From Macrostomum lignano (taxonomy: Eukaryota), in assembly GCA_002269645.1 (NCBI GenBank), contig NIVC01003709.1, forward strand, positions 17,399-81,398: a stretch of 64,000 nucleotides of DNA, in the 5' to 3' direction. This document shows positions 36,770-60,254 of this stretch, in pieces. Below the pieces are notes generated by a model. It saw only the letters and a program-made list of their open reading frames with translations. It was not told the DNA's origin and ran no database searches. The position numbers and the translations under genes are program-made. Within the stretch, counting starts at the first letter, position 1. Every line of letters starts with the position of its first letter.

Positions 36770-37400
36770 AGAGCAACTATTGATAGGGGAATTTCAAGCA
36801 TTAAAGCAACTATTGATAGGGGAATTTCGAGCATTAAAGCAACTATTGATAGGGGAATTTCAAGCATTAAAGAAACTATTGATAGGGGAATTTCAAGCAT
36901 TAAAGAAACTATTGATAGGGAAATTTCAATAGATTGGTGACAGAGGAGAATTTCGAGCAACTATTGATAGGGGAATTTCAAGCATTAAAGCAACTATTGA
37001 TAGGGGAATTTCAAGTATTAAAGAAACTATTGATAGGGGAATTTCAAGCATTAAAGCAACTATTGATAGGGCAATTTCAAGCACTAAAGCAACTATTGAT
37101 AGGGGAATTTCAAGCATTAAAGCAACTATTGATAGGGCAATTTCAAGCACTAAAGCAACTATTGATAGGGGAATTTCAAGCATTAAAGCAACTATTGATA
37201 GGGAAATTTCAAGCACTAAAGCAACTATTGATAGGGGAATTTCAAGCACTAAAGAAACTATTGATAGGGGAATTTCAAGCACTAAAGCAACTATTGATAG
37301 GGGAATTTCAAGCACTAAAGCAACTGTTGATAGGGGAATTTCAAGCATTAAAGCAACTATTGATAGGGGAATTTCAAGCACTAAAGCAACAATTAGTAGG
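36770..37400. repeat. 33-bp minisatellite in two blocks (~5 + ~14 units) upstream of MED22
   Basis: Unit ATTGATAGGGGAATTTCAAGCATTAAAGCAACT. Confidence 0.96.
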
Positions 37401-38039
37401 GAATTTTCAAGCGATTGTTAATGGAGGAAATTTTCAGATTTTAATCATCTAATAATCGACTACTTACTTTACTTAACTAATCTAGTTATTAAAAATCTAC
37501 AAGCTAAGCTTAAGACACTTCGAACCCTAAGCAGATAACCGAAATAAAAAACGGAAACACAAATAACCTAAAAATTATTGTTCGAATCAACAGCAGCACC
37601 ACGGTGTCATATCCGATCGATGGCAGAAATTTCGGCATTTTGACATAGCAACACTGAGCCGCGACAAGAGTGGACTGAAGTTCTGAACGCTGCGTAGAAA
37701 AAATATTAATTCCCAGGATGGATTTAGAAAACAATTATTACAAAAACTTATAAAGTTTCAATGCTTAAATTGAGAAGCAACATTGCATGGAAAAAATAAG
37801 TAACAAAAATAATCGAAAATAAACCCGGTGCAAAATGCTTTTTTTTATAAAAAAAATAGAAATTAGCAGTGGAAAATAATATTAAGTAGATTTGATGCTG
37901 GCACATAATTTTTTGGCGTCACAACAAAATTCAAACAAACTTAGCTAAAGCTCATTTCAAAATTTGCGTACTATATATATGTTTTGAATATGATGATGAC
38001 TTGTGGGATTCTGGTGTCGCGATAGGATTAGTAACTGCA

Positions 38040-38830
38040 TTGGGATAGCTAGTAACTGGATTGGGACAGCTAGTAACTGGATTGGGACAGCTAGTAACTG
38101 GATTGGGATAGCTAGTAACTGGATTGGGACAGCTAGTAACTGGATTGGGATAGCTAGTAACTGGATTGGGATAGCTAGTAACTGGATTGGGACAGCTAGT
38201 AACTGGATTGGGACAGCTAGTAAATGGATTGGGACAGCTAGTAACTGGATTGGGATAGCTAGTAACTGGATTGGGACAGCTAGTAACTGGATTGGGACAG
38301 CTAGTAACTGGATTGGGATATCTAGTAACTGGATTGGGATATCTAGTAACTGGATTGGGATAGCTAGTAACTGGATTGGGATAGCTAGTAACTGGATTGG
38401 GATAGCTAGTAACTGGATTGGGACAGCTAGTAACTGGATTGGGATAGCTAGTAACTGGATTGGGATAGCTAGTAACTGGATTGGGACAGCTAGTAAATGG
38501 ATTGGGACAGCTAGTAACTGGATTGGGACAGCTAGTAACTGGATTGGGATATCTAGTAACTGGATTGGGACAGCTAGTAACTGGATTGGGATATCTAGTA
38601 ACTGGATTGGGACAGCTAGTAACTGGATCGAGAATTGAGATAGCTAGTAACTGGATTGGGACAGCTAGTAACTGGATTGGGACAGCTAGTAACTGGATTG
38701 GGACAGCTAGTAACTGGATTGGGATATCTAGTAACTGGATTGGGACAGCTAGTAACTGGATCGAGAATTGAGATAGCTAGTAACTGGATTGGGGCAACTA
38801 GTCACTACAATAGGACAACTAGTTACTGGA
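38040..38830. repeat. 21-bp minisatellite, ~36 units
   Basis: Unit GGGA(C/T)AGCTAGTAACTGGATT. Confidence 0.97.
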
Positions 38831-39595
38831 TTGAGATAATAAACAATAACTTAATAAAAAAATGAAAACCAGGCCACAGCAAACTACCCGAAACCAGGCC
38901 TTCAAAAACAATTGAAATGCAACCAACTGAAACAGGTACAGGCCATGTTTCGAATTCAAACTTTCAAACTATGTTTCAATCAAGTTAAACTATTATAGCA
39001 CCTTTAATTTTTTAGCGATACAAAGAGTGAAACGAACGCAATGAGTCGATAAAAGTTAGCGCTTAAACGGCTAGGAATTAGATAATAGGTTAAAAAACTG
39101 GGACTTTAAAAAAAACAACAACGCATAGCAAACGATGTACAAGTCAGCTGTTTGGCGTGACAAGCAAATGCAGTGTTGGACTGGCCAGGCCTCAAGGTTT
39201 AATATGCCGGGCAATAGAGAGTGTTGCTCAATGTGGCAACTGCCCTGCAAAATGAAATTATTCATAGAAAATTACACATTAAAAGCTTTATCGAAAAAAC
39301 TAACTTGAAAAAAGTAACTTTATTAAAGGTGCGGATTAATAATAGCCTAATATTATGGTATAAATACGGTGCCGGCAAAATGCCAGAGCGGAAGGCCAGG
39401 GCGAATAAATTTAACGAGAGACAATTCTTTTAAGCACGCGGTCCCGGCCGCCACCCGGCTCGAGTGGGCCGTGAGCGTTTCGCATGCGTATTGAATTTCA
39501 TTCAGTTCCGAAAATCAACTTAGTAAAAGTGCAACAAAATCGAACGTAAAAGAACACAAATAGTTTTTTAATTAAAAAAAACAAAGAACGCGGTC

Positions 39596-51708
<12,113 letters not shown>

Positions 51709-53805
51709 TTTCAATAATTGTTGTTTACAAACGTGTTTTTTTTAATTTAGTAGCTAGCTAACTAGGCCTATCCTCAATTTTTGGATGTCGGGATGAGTTT
51801 AGAATACAAATTAGGTAGGCCTAGTCAGGGTAGAATTTAATGAGCTAGCCTTTGCTTTGAATCGATTAAAAATGCAGAGGGAAGTGCCGACCGAGCGGTG
51901 ACGATGGGGGCTGGCTGATTAATTAATGAATTCAATGACTGACGTGACAAGGTATGCGACGCGACTCTCGGGTATTCTCAGCAGCAGTCTAAGAATATTT
52001 TACGTTTCCCGCATAGTTAGTTCAAGAATTAAATATTAAATATATTTGAAATCGTAGACCATAAACGTAAAACAAGGAAGGCTGTTATGTGTATACATTA
52101 ATTAAATTTTTTTACTATGAGGCTTTAATTAGCCTACAATTTATATTTTTAAAAATTGACAGCAATAAAACAGAATTTTAACTACGCTAACTTTCGTGGG
52201 TGTGTAATGTACTTTTTACTTTTGGTTTAAATTAAACGGAAAGAAAGGAGGTCATTTCCGATTCTGACATGGAGAGGAGTCAAAGTTTGGGTGGAAAGGT
52301 ATAATCATAGCTAGATAAACTTAGCACATACAGTTGGAGAGCATGATTTGAGAAGATAACGAAATTACACTGTAGATATTAGGTACATGCTTGTATAATT
52401 GTGGTCAGAATGTTGGTCCGTAAACCAGAAAAAACTCACGTTTTCCGTTCCATCAACAAGTGAATAAATGCCATCGCCAGGCACATGAAAAACTATTTTA
52501 ATGGAATTAACTACAATACTTAGCTTGGCAAAATTAATTATAGAATCTATATAGGGATGCGCTTAATTCCATGCAGATACATTTACGTTTATTAGAGCCG
52601 GGAATTACAGTAGAAATACTAGAAATACCAAAACAAATTCGTGGATGTTTGCATCCAAGTTTATTTTTCGTAAGTAAGGTATTTTCGGAGTACATGTAAC
52701 TCATAGCACAACAACCATGCAATCAACTTTGAATATCTAGTTTATCATCCGGAGGATTTTTTAATGCACAACGAATTACACACGCGTTTAGCTTGCCATC
52801 TATTCGTCTACATGATCTCGGTACATGTACATGGTTTCGTGCCGGATGTGGGCGACGAAATTCTCGCTAGGGACGTAATTGAAAGAGCCAGAATGCCTTT
52901 TGATCTGTGCGGGCGTGCTGCACTCGGTGACCTTGACTGACGCGGTGCCACATGTTGCAGATCTTGCGGAGAACACCCTACTGTACAAGCGACAGCTCGA
53001 TCAACGAGACACACGGCAATTAGATAAGGCGTTCGGCACCCGCCGCGGTCCAGCAAAAAAAGCGTACGGCTCGCTATGTTCACCTTAACTATAGTACCTA
53101 AATGAGTGACACGCAAACTCCAGACCCTCATGTACATGTAGCAGGCGGATTGACGTACATTAAAGACGGATCGCTTCTAGGCGCGTGATTTAAAGCCCCC
53201 CCCCCGAAACAAAAACAAGTAGAATTGAAGACTATGTCATTCGGACGTCAGGCTCTTAGCCCATTTCTATTAATTCGATACAAGAGATCATGCAAGATCA
53301 TAGAGAACCTACATGTATACAAACTACAAAAAATATCAGAAAAACAAACACGTTTTTAATTGAGGATAAAGATAAACAGATTATAGGCGCAATAGGTGCT
53401 CAGTTTTAAGTGCCCATTGCATATACATGTGTAATACGAGCGTAACAATAAAAAGATTCACGTACGAGCGTATAATGTTACGTGTTCGCTTATAAAATAC
53501 TTTGTTCAGCAAGGTGCAACAGTGCGCAATATGTAGAATATTTGAAGTAGCTAAGGCTAAAAGCATGAGCTGCGCCTACGAAAGTACTCGCGCATTTTCT
53601 CGTAATTCGATGACGATTAGTGCTGCGATCAAAGAATTTGCTGCATGTAACTACGAATTTTATAAAGATGGCGAAACAGTGCGAATGTGGTATTCGGCTT
53701 GAGACATGAATTTAGTTTCGGTTCATTCTCCAAACTTAAGAGTAAACAACAGATCGACTCTAAGAGTTTCTTCAATAAATGTGAAGGTGAGAGCTAGTTC
53801 TAAAT

Positions 53806-55638
53806 CTAGCCGTCCTCCCATGGCGTCACCGTAGAGCTGTCCGGCTTTTTCTCTGACGCAGCCTCCGTCTCCCAAGGCGCCACCTCGCCCGCGCTCGCCT
53901 TGTTCGCGACTGGTTCGCAGCCGCTCGGCCCAGCTTGATCCACCGGTCGCGTCTTGAGCACTCGAGTTCCGGATGAACTCGATGCCTCCAGACTGCTCTG
54001 CGTCTCCACTTTGCCGCGCTGAGAGATTGACGCTGTCACAGTTGGGTGCGCCGCGCATGACGATGTCGGCTGTGCCGCCTTCTTGCCGAAGTTAAACAGG
54101 GCGCCGCGCTTTTTCATAGCGTGGCGCTCAATTGCCGACTGCAGCAGCGTTTTGTAATCGTCGGAGCGCAGGAAGCGCTGGTAGCTGTCCTTCTTCATCA
54201 ACAGGTAGATGTGCTCCTGGGCTTCTTCAAAGGAGAATCGGTTGGGCGACTGCATGCCCTTCTGAGTAATTGTCATGGTCTTGGAATCGATGTTGATCTC
54301 GGATGGCGCTCCCGGAGCAAGAAACTCGTCAAAAATTTGCGTCATGCGCGATCTCAGCTGGTCGTTGGGACCGAACTTGTAATCCTGCACAGCTAGCCAA
54401 AAGCTGAGATTCTCCGAGCTGAACTCCTTAGTAAGAAACTGTTTAAAGTACTCCCGGCCAGCTGCATCACGGAGGAGAAAGTCAAAATAAGCTGACCACA
54501 TTTTTACCTGCTTTGGTGTCAGACCACTCTCTCCGTAGCCCAGGCTGTTCTGAAACACAGCCACATCATCACCAACCCAGGGCGACTGACCGCTGGTCAG
54601 AGCGGCGCTATCTGATGATGGTCCTCCTGAGTGATCGGCTTCAGTAAAGGACGTGTCGACCGCAGGCCCAGCACCAGCTGTGCCTGCGGCTGAATTGCTG
54701 CCATTTGCTGGTTGCTGTGCCATCGTCCCTGCTGTCCCTGGTGCCGCCGGCCGAGTGTGCAAGAACCAATCAAATGCCTTGGAGATCTCGTAGCAAGCAA
54801 TGATGGTCTCACCGGACTTGTGATGCGCATTCTGACTGCTGACTAGGGACTCCTTGTGCTGACGTCGGCGACGCTGCTTGGCTAATCGATTCTGCGTCTG
54901 GGTGAGGCTGAAGTGCCGCGGTACCGGGTGATCAACTGAGTTAATGTAGCCCGGAGGCGGTCGGTGCACGCGCCAGTAGGCCTGCTCCTGCATTTCTAAC
55001 ACCATTCGGTCATTCTTTTTGCGCTCCCGCAGCAGCTTCAGCTCCTCCTCGGCCTGCAGAGCGATAAACTGCCAGCGATCGGCCAGCAACTTTTGCAGCT
55101 TGGACAGGGCCAACTTTTCAAAGTCCTCGAAGCCTGGTTTCTGCTTGCTGCGAATCATGCGCTTGACCAGGTGAATAGCATAGTCTAGATTGTCAGGTCG
55201 ACCGGAAATCGATAGCCAATAATACGGCGACTGAAAGCGGTACAGACACGATGGATCGTCCCTCACCGCCAAGGAATAATCATCGCTCAGAGGGTAGACG
55301 TAGCCGTAGATTGCCAAGAGGCTGGCAATGTGGTTGGCCTCTGTCGGTTCCTCGGCTCCCGTGTATCGTCGGACCCAGGCGATGAGGTCGCTACCGGCAA
55401 CTGCCGCCGGCACAGAGGTCAGAAATGCCTTCTGGGCTCGAAAAGTGACACCTGTTTGAGGATGTTGCATTGCCTGTACCATCGCCTCTAGCTTCGTGAC
55501 GACGTGTGTATGACGCCAGTTGTCCAGCGCCGAGCTTGAGCTGCAGCCAACTGTCTGCTGCTGCTGCTGCTGGTGGTCGGTGACCTGGCGTCCTTCTTCG
55601 TCTTCACTGACATCGGATGCACAGTTTACTAGTGTCAT
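53806..55638 (-). CDS. RGS7: R7-family regulator of G-protein signalling (RGS7/RGS6/EGL-10-like), intronless, 610 aa
   Basis: DEP domain (KLEAMVQAMQ, GSDLIAW, FQSPYYW), DHEX (LDYAIHLVKR, QEQAYWRVHRPPPG), divergent GGL (FDWFL...SPWVGDD) and RGS domain (EFSSENLSFW, INIDSK, MKKDSYQRFLRS). Confidence 0.92.
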   Translation of the reverse strand: MTLVNCASDVSEDEEGRQVTDHQQQQQQTVGCSSSSALDNWRHTHVVTKLEAMVQAMQHPQTGVTFRAQKAFLTSVPAAVAGSDLIAWVRRYTGAEEPTEANHIASLLAIYGYVYPLSDDYSLAVRDDPSCLYRFQSPYYWLSISGRPDNLDYAIHLVKRMIRSKQKPGFEDFEKLALSKLQKLLADRWQFIALQAEEELKLLRERKKNDRMVLEMQEQAYWRVHRPPPGYINSVDHPVPRHFSLTQTQNRLAKQRRRRQHKESLVSSQNAHHKSGETIIACYEISKAFDWFLHTRPAAPGTAGTMAQQPANGSNSAAGTAGAGPAVDTSFTEADHSGGPSSDSAALTSGQSPWVGDDVAVFQNSLGYGESGLTPKQVKMWSAYFDFLLRDAAGREYFKQFLTKEFSSENLSFWLAVQDYKFGPNDQLRSRMTQIFDEFLAPGAPSEINIDSKTMTITQKGMQSPNRFSFEEAQEHIYLLMKKDSYQRFLRSDDYKTLLQSAIERHAMKKRGALFNFGKKAAQPTSSCAAHPTVTASISQRGKVETQSSLEASSSSGTRVLKTRPVDQAGPSGCEPVANKASAGEVAPWETEAASEKKPDSSTVTPWEDG

Positions 55639-56831
55639 GCCTTAGGCAGACGGGAAACAGTAGTGAAGCTGTGTGGAATAGTTTCTGCGCTCGAGTATTA
55701 GATTTGAATAAAAGTGACCGAGCTGAGAAATGAGAAGCGAGAGAAAGTGAGTCGGGATGGCGTGCAGGGGTTGAAGGGTGTCGCTCCTCTAAATTCATCT
55801 TTGCAATATCCTTCTCAGTTCTATCCGTCGGTCGCTACTAGCAACCATCCGTCCCATCCCCTCCTACCCGAGCCAGTCTGATCTTCCGTCTCTTTTTTCT
55901 AACCAGCAGCTTCTTCTCCCTTGCTTCCAACTCTTCCCAGCAGAGGTATCGAGTACTCAGTGCAGGGATCCACTTTCTGTTCTCCTCAGTTCCTTTCCCG
56001 CCCGGACTCAACTGTCCCTCTAGCTACATAGCCGTACATTCAAACTCTTTGCTAGCCCGCTCCAGTCAGCAATGCGAGTGCGAGGCTTAGAGAGGGGGAA
56101 TTGCGATCGAAGGACGGACCAGGCGGGAAGCGAGTAGCATCATCAACTGCTCGCGGTCCTGCGAGTTGCACTTTCTGAAAAGCAGCGGCCATGGTTAGCA
56201 AAATCCAGCCAATACTCATGCTTCATTCCCAAATTAAGCTTCAACGAACGTCACTATATGGGCACTGTATGCTACATTAAAATGTGGCAACAAAGTGTGG
56301 CAAGAAGTAATGCACTGCTGTGAGAGCGTACATGCATGTACTTTATGTTTGACAAGCGGATTAATCTGGGACGGGACTTTGAATCAGCGGTTGTACGGTA
56401 TCTGTTTGTTCCTTGTCCTACTAGTGACTAATTAAACGCAGCATTTGAAAACAGAAGACACAAGAATGCTGGACAGCTCAAGATGATAGCAATTCGCTAA
56501 TTAGCTTTGTTTGTTTGGCTTTCTTTATAGAACAAGAATGAACATTCTAGAATAATTTAGGACTCAGTCGCGTTGCCGGTCTCCAAATCAGATTCAGTGA
56601 GCTCATGATCAAATCAATGGTACAAGTGCAACGCTGCTAGTAAAACGATGCTAGCTATACGTCAAAATCTACGTGGCAAAGACAGCTTGAAAAGTTGCTT
56701 CAGTCTGGAAGGAGGGTGCATACGAGCTTAAAAACTTCAGCTCACAAAATGAGTCATGGAACAGTTCTTCAACCGAAGCTAGCAGAGAATTTCTCAAGTG
56801 ACGTATTTCCCATACAGCGTAATTTGCTTAA

Positions 56832-57407
56832 CAGTAGAAAGACCATGGGGGTGTATTTCAAATACACACATTTTTCTTTTGTCTGGATCTCCGAAAATAT
56901 TCAACCAATTGCCATCAAAATCCAGAACACGGGCTAAAATTTTCCGCTCAATTTGATGAAGCAACTCCGAGAATCACGAAAAATCGGCATCGTCGAGATA
57001 TTCAACGATTCTCCTCGGGGTGTCCGGTGGCAAAAACCACCAACATTGGCAAATTTTTTCTGTTCACAAAATCTCATCATGAAACCACGTCGGCTCAGGA
57101 AACTATGCATATGAAATGGACCCAGATTATTGAGCCAATATGGATTCACCATAAGGGTTTATACAGTGTTGGTTGTCCTTGCCACCAGTGTCTTCCACAA
57201 GAATCGTTGAATATCTCGACGATGCTGACGTCGGATGACTTTGAAAGTTAATTCGTTGGAAAGAGGGGGAAATTTTGATTCAAATGGTGGACTTTTACGA
57301 AAATCGGTTATTCGGTTTGCGAGCTATGGTGAAATTGGTTGTGTGTATTTGTAATACACCCCCCATGGTCTTTCCCCATGGGGAAAAATAGCGTGGTCTT
57401 TCTACTG
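56832..57407. mobile_element. Palindromic non-autonomous element flanked by TTAA, 576 bp
   Basis: TTAA|CAGTAGAAAGACC...GGTCTTTCTACTG|TTAA, with an internal perfect 25-bp inverted pair (CATCGTCGAGATATTCAACGATTCT at ~56989 and its inverse at ~57205). Confidence 0.75.
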
Positions 57408-59334
57408 TTAAGAACAATTTCACTGCAAGAAACAATCTACTCGTATAAAGTAGTAAAATGTTTTAAATGAGTATATAATGGGGGAATTGTCGAGTAGCAG
57501 TTGCCAAGGAAGGGCTCGTATGTTCTCTAAACATCTGCAGGAGTGCAATTTACGCTGTTCGCTCGTCTGGCAGTTTTCGCCACAAATATGCGACTCTGTT
57601 CGGACCGCATTCGATGATGGAGAGACAGCGGTCGTTCTTAAAATGTATTTTCGCGTCGCAAGCTATGCGCGGACGCCAACAATTCGAATCTACCTTGTGG
57701 CTGCCATGGTCCCAGCTTACGGATGCTGGATCAATCGACTTGCAACGCTCGCAGCTCTCGACCAACCGCTCTCGGAAAAGCTGTCTAGCCAGTTATAGGG
57801 TCTCCTACGTCAAAGTGATGTTGCTCAAGTTGATGTCGGATGCAGCACACTGAGACCATCCCTGGGGGCCCTGTTGTGCCAGAAGGTCATGTCGAGGATG
57901 TCGGGTCCACTTCCCATGGATGCATATATGCACAAAGCTACGTAAAGTACGCGCTTGATAAGCAATAAGCAAAATGAATTATTTTGTATATTGATTGACT
58001 TTGATCGAAACCATGCATTCACGAGAGTTACTTTTACTAAAGCAGAACCTCATAACCTCAAAAATTTTGCGTAATCGAATTCTTCAAGTGGTGAGCCAGC
58101 AGGAGTGGCTAGCAAAGACTTCAAGGATGTAAAGTTTCGAGCATGTGAAACGCCCCTCCCCCCACCTTAAGTTGCAAACTTTGTCTATAGTGCAAACAGC
58201 TTTGGCACTTTTTTGTTCCCCACCTATTATTACATGTATATCCGCCTTGTATAAATTAATTCTATGTCTGTCTGGAAAGGGGATTATAGTGTCCGATCAG
58301 ACAGCTATTGGTCAATTAGGAGAGCAATACGTGACAGCTGCATGGTTAATTAGACCGGTTTGAGGTCACGCACGCGACCTATGTTCATTTTTTTCGTTCT
58401 AACAGTGTTTTTAATTGCTTTACTATAAAAAATTTTCAATAGTGACGACGAGCAATTGCATGTCATCCTTTAAGGTATTTACGTAGCAACCTGGAAAAGC
58501 CTCAACAAGTTTTAATAAATACCGAAATGCAAAAATATGTATGAAGTTGTATCTTCTCATTGATTGTTAATTGAATCTTCCAACGTTCCGTGACGCTGAG
58601 TTGGCTGCTTTTTTGTGCAACGGATAGGGAGTGCAAATCGTCTTTCGGTGTGCCCACCGCCCAGCAATTTGAGGCAGTGGAAATTGTGGAATAGTTGGGA
58701 TAGCCGAAGGAAACCACCGTACAATCAAGCGGATGGCGACCAGAAGTGGACGCGACAAGCTGGGCATGGTCTTCTGGTACAGCTTCGCTCAAAAGGACAA
58801 AGCAGCTCGATTAGAAGCTCCATCAAAGCATATTGCCGACGCAACTGAAGCCAGTTAACCGAGGTCATTTTGCACGGAACTCGTACACTCCTAACCTTGT
58901 TAATCCTGTTAAATAGACACCACACCTTGTACTGCTTGAGTCTGTAAAAACAGTAAAAAGCAAGACCCTTCGATTATATGAAATTTCGAGCTCGTGAAAG
59001 GGACAAACAATTGTAGTTTTCTACGACGACGACGATGTGAGGTTTCGAGCTTATAACGTTTACTGTCTTCAATTACGAGTATGTGAAAGCGAGCTTTAGA
59101 TGTATTTATTATCAAATGAACCCATACAAACAAAAAACACTATTTTATTAACGATTTTAAATACGAGCCTTCTTACAGAACAAGTGCATTGGCGAAGCAA
59201 AATGGAAGAATTTATAATTCAATTAGTAACAATGATGAGGTCTCGATTAATTAAGTGTAATGTTTGTAAACAGGAACAATTATGCGAGCTACCAACAGAA
59301 AAAGCACAGGTTAGTTTTAGGAGACTCTCGTCTA

Positions 59335-60190
59335 ACCCTCTCGGTGGGTTGGTAGGAGACCCGCTACCCTCTCGGTGGGTTGGTAGGAGACCCGCTACCC
59401 TCTCGGTGGGTTGGTAGGAGACCCGCTACCCTCTCGGTGGGTTGGTAGGAGACCCGCTACCCTCTCGGTGGGTTGGTAGGAGACCCGCTACCCTCTCGGT
59501 GGGTTAGTAGGAGACCCGCTACCCTCTCGGTGGGTTGGTAGGAGACCCGCTTCCCTCTCGGTGGGTTGGTAGGAGACCCGCTACCTTCTCGGTGGGTTGG
59601 TAGGAGACCCGCAACCCTCTCGGTGGGTTAATTGGTAGGAGACCCGCTACCCTCTCGGTGGGTTGGTAGGAGACCCGCTACCCTCTCGGTGGGTTGGTAG
59701 GAGACCCGCTACCCTCTCGGTGGGTTGGTAGGAGACCCGCTACCCTCTCGGTGGGTTAGTAGGAGACCCGCTACCCTCTCGGTGGGTTGGTAGGAGACCC
59801 GCTACCCTCTCGGTGGGTTGGTAGGAGACCCGCTACCCTCTCGGTGGGTTGGTAGAAGACCCGCTACCCTCTCGGTGGGTTAATTGGTAGGAGACCCGCT
59901 ACCCTCTCGGTGGGTTAATTGGTAGGAGACCCGCTACCCTCTCGGTGGGTTAATTGGTAGGAGACCCGCTACCTCTCGGTGGGTTAATTGGTAGGAGACC
60001 CGCTACCCTCTCGGTGGGTTAATTGGTAGGAGACCCGCTACCCTCTCGGTGGGTTAATTGGTAGGAGACCCGCTACCCTCTCGGTGGGTTAATTGGTAGG
60101 AGACCCGCTACCCTCCCGGTGGGTTAATTGGTAGGAGACCCGCTACCCTCTCGGTGGGTTAAATGGTAGGAGACCCGCTACCGTCTCAGT
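59335..60190. repeat. 31-bp minisatellite with a 35-bp (+AATT) variant, ~26 units
   Basis: Unit GGTAGGAGACCCGCTACCCTCTCGGTGGGTT. Confidence 0.97.
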
Positions 60191-60254
60191 GTGGCAACCT
60201 GATTTTCGACTGCACCCAGGTTTTGGAGCCAGGATGCAAGAAACGCACAATAAT

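Noticed and set aside
38040-38830. Shared CCAGTTACTAGC core between this array (reverse strand) and the repeat at 5620-5665
   Set aside because: Only 12 nt of low-complexity TAG-rich sequence; common origin cannot be distinguished from chance.
36746-38865. Repeat ORFs resembling coiled-coil or solenoid proteins (LKQLLIGEFQA; IGTASNW)
   Set aside because: These are 33-bp and 21-bp minisatellites that are open in several frames and strands, with no supporting gene structure.
52740-53200. GC-richer patch with overlapping short ORFs between RGS7 and MCM6
   Set aside because: No motif, termini or splice pattern recognised; it may be regulatory or a decayed TE.
58500-58930. Weak hAT-transposase-like phrase (ELLIELLCPFER)
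   Set aside because: A single short motif with no other transposase landmarks; it needs an HMM search.
59100-59417. Plus-strand ORF with CNVC and a plausible donor
   Set aside because: AT-rich, no recognisable domain, and it runs into the minisatellite.
59335-60190. CRISPR-like appearance of 28-45 bp repeats, here and elsewhere in the window
   Set aside because: Units are contiguous with no unique spacers, there are no cas genes, and the context is eukaryotic.
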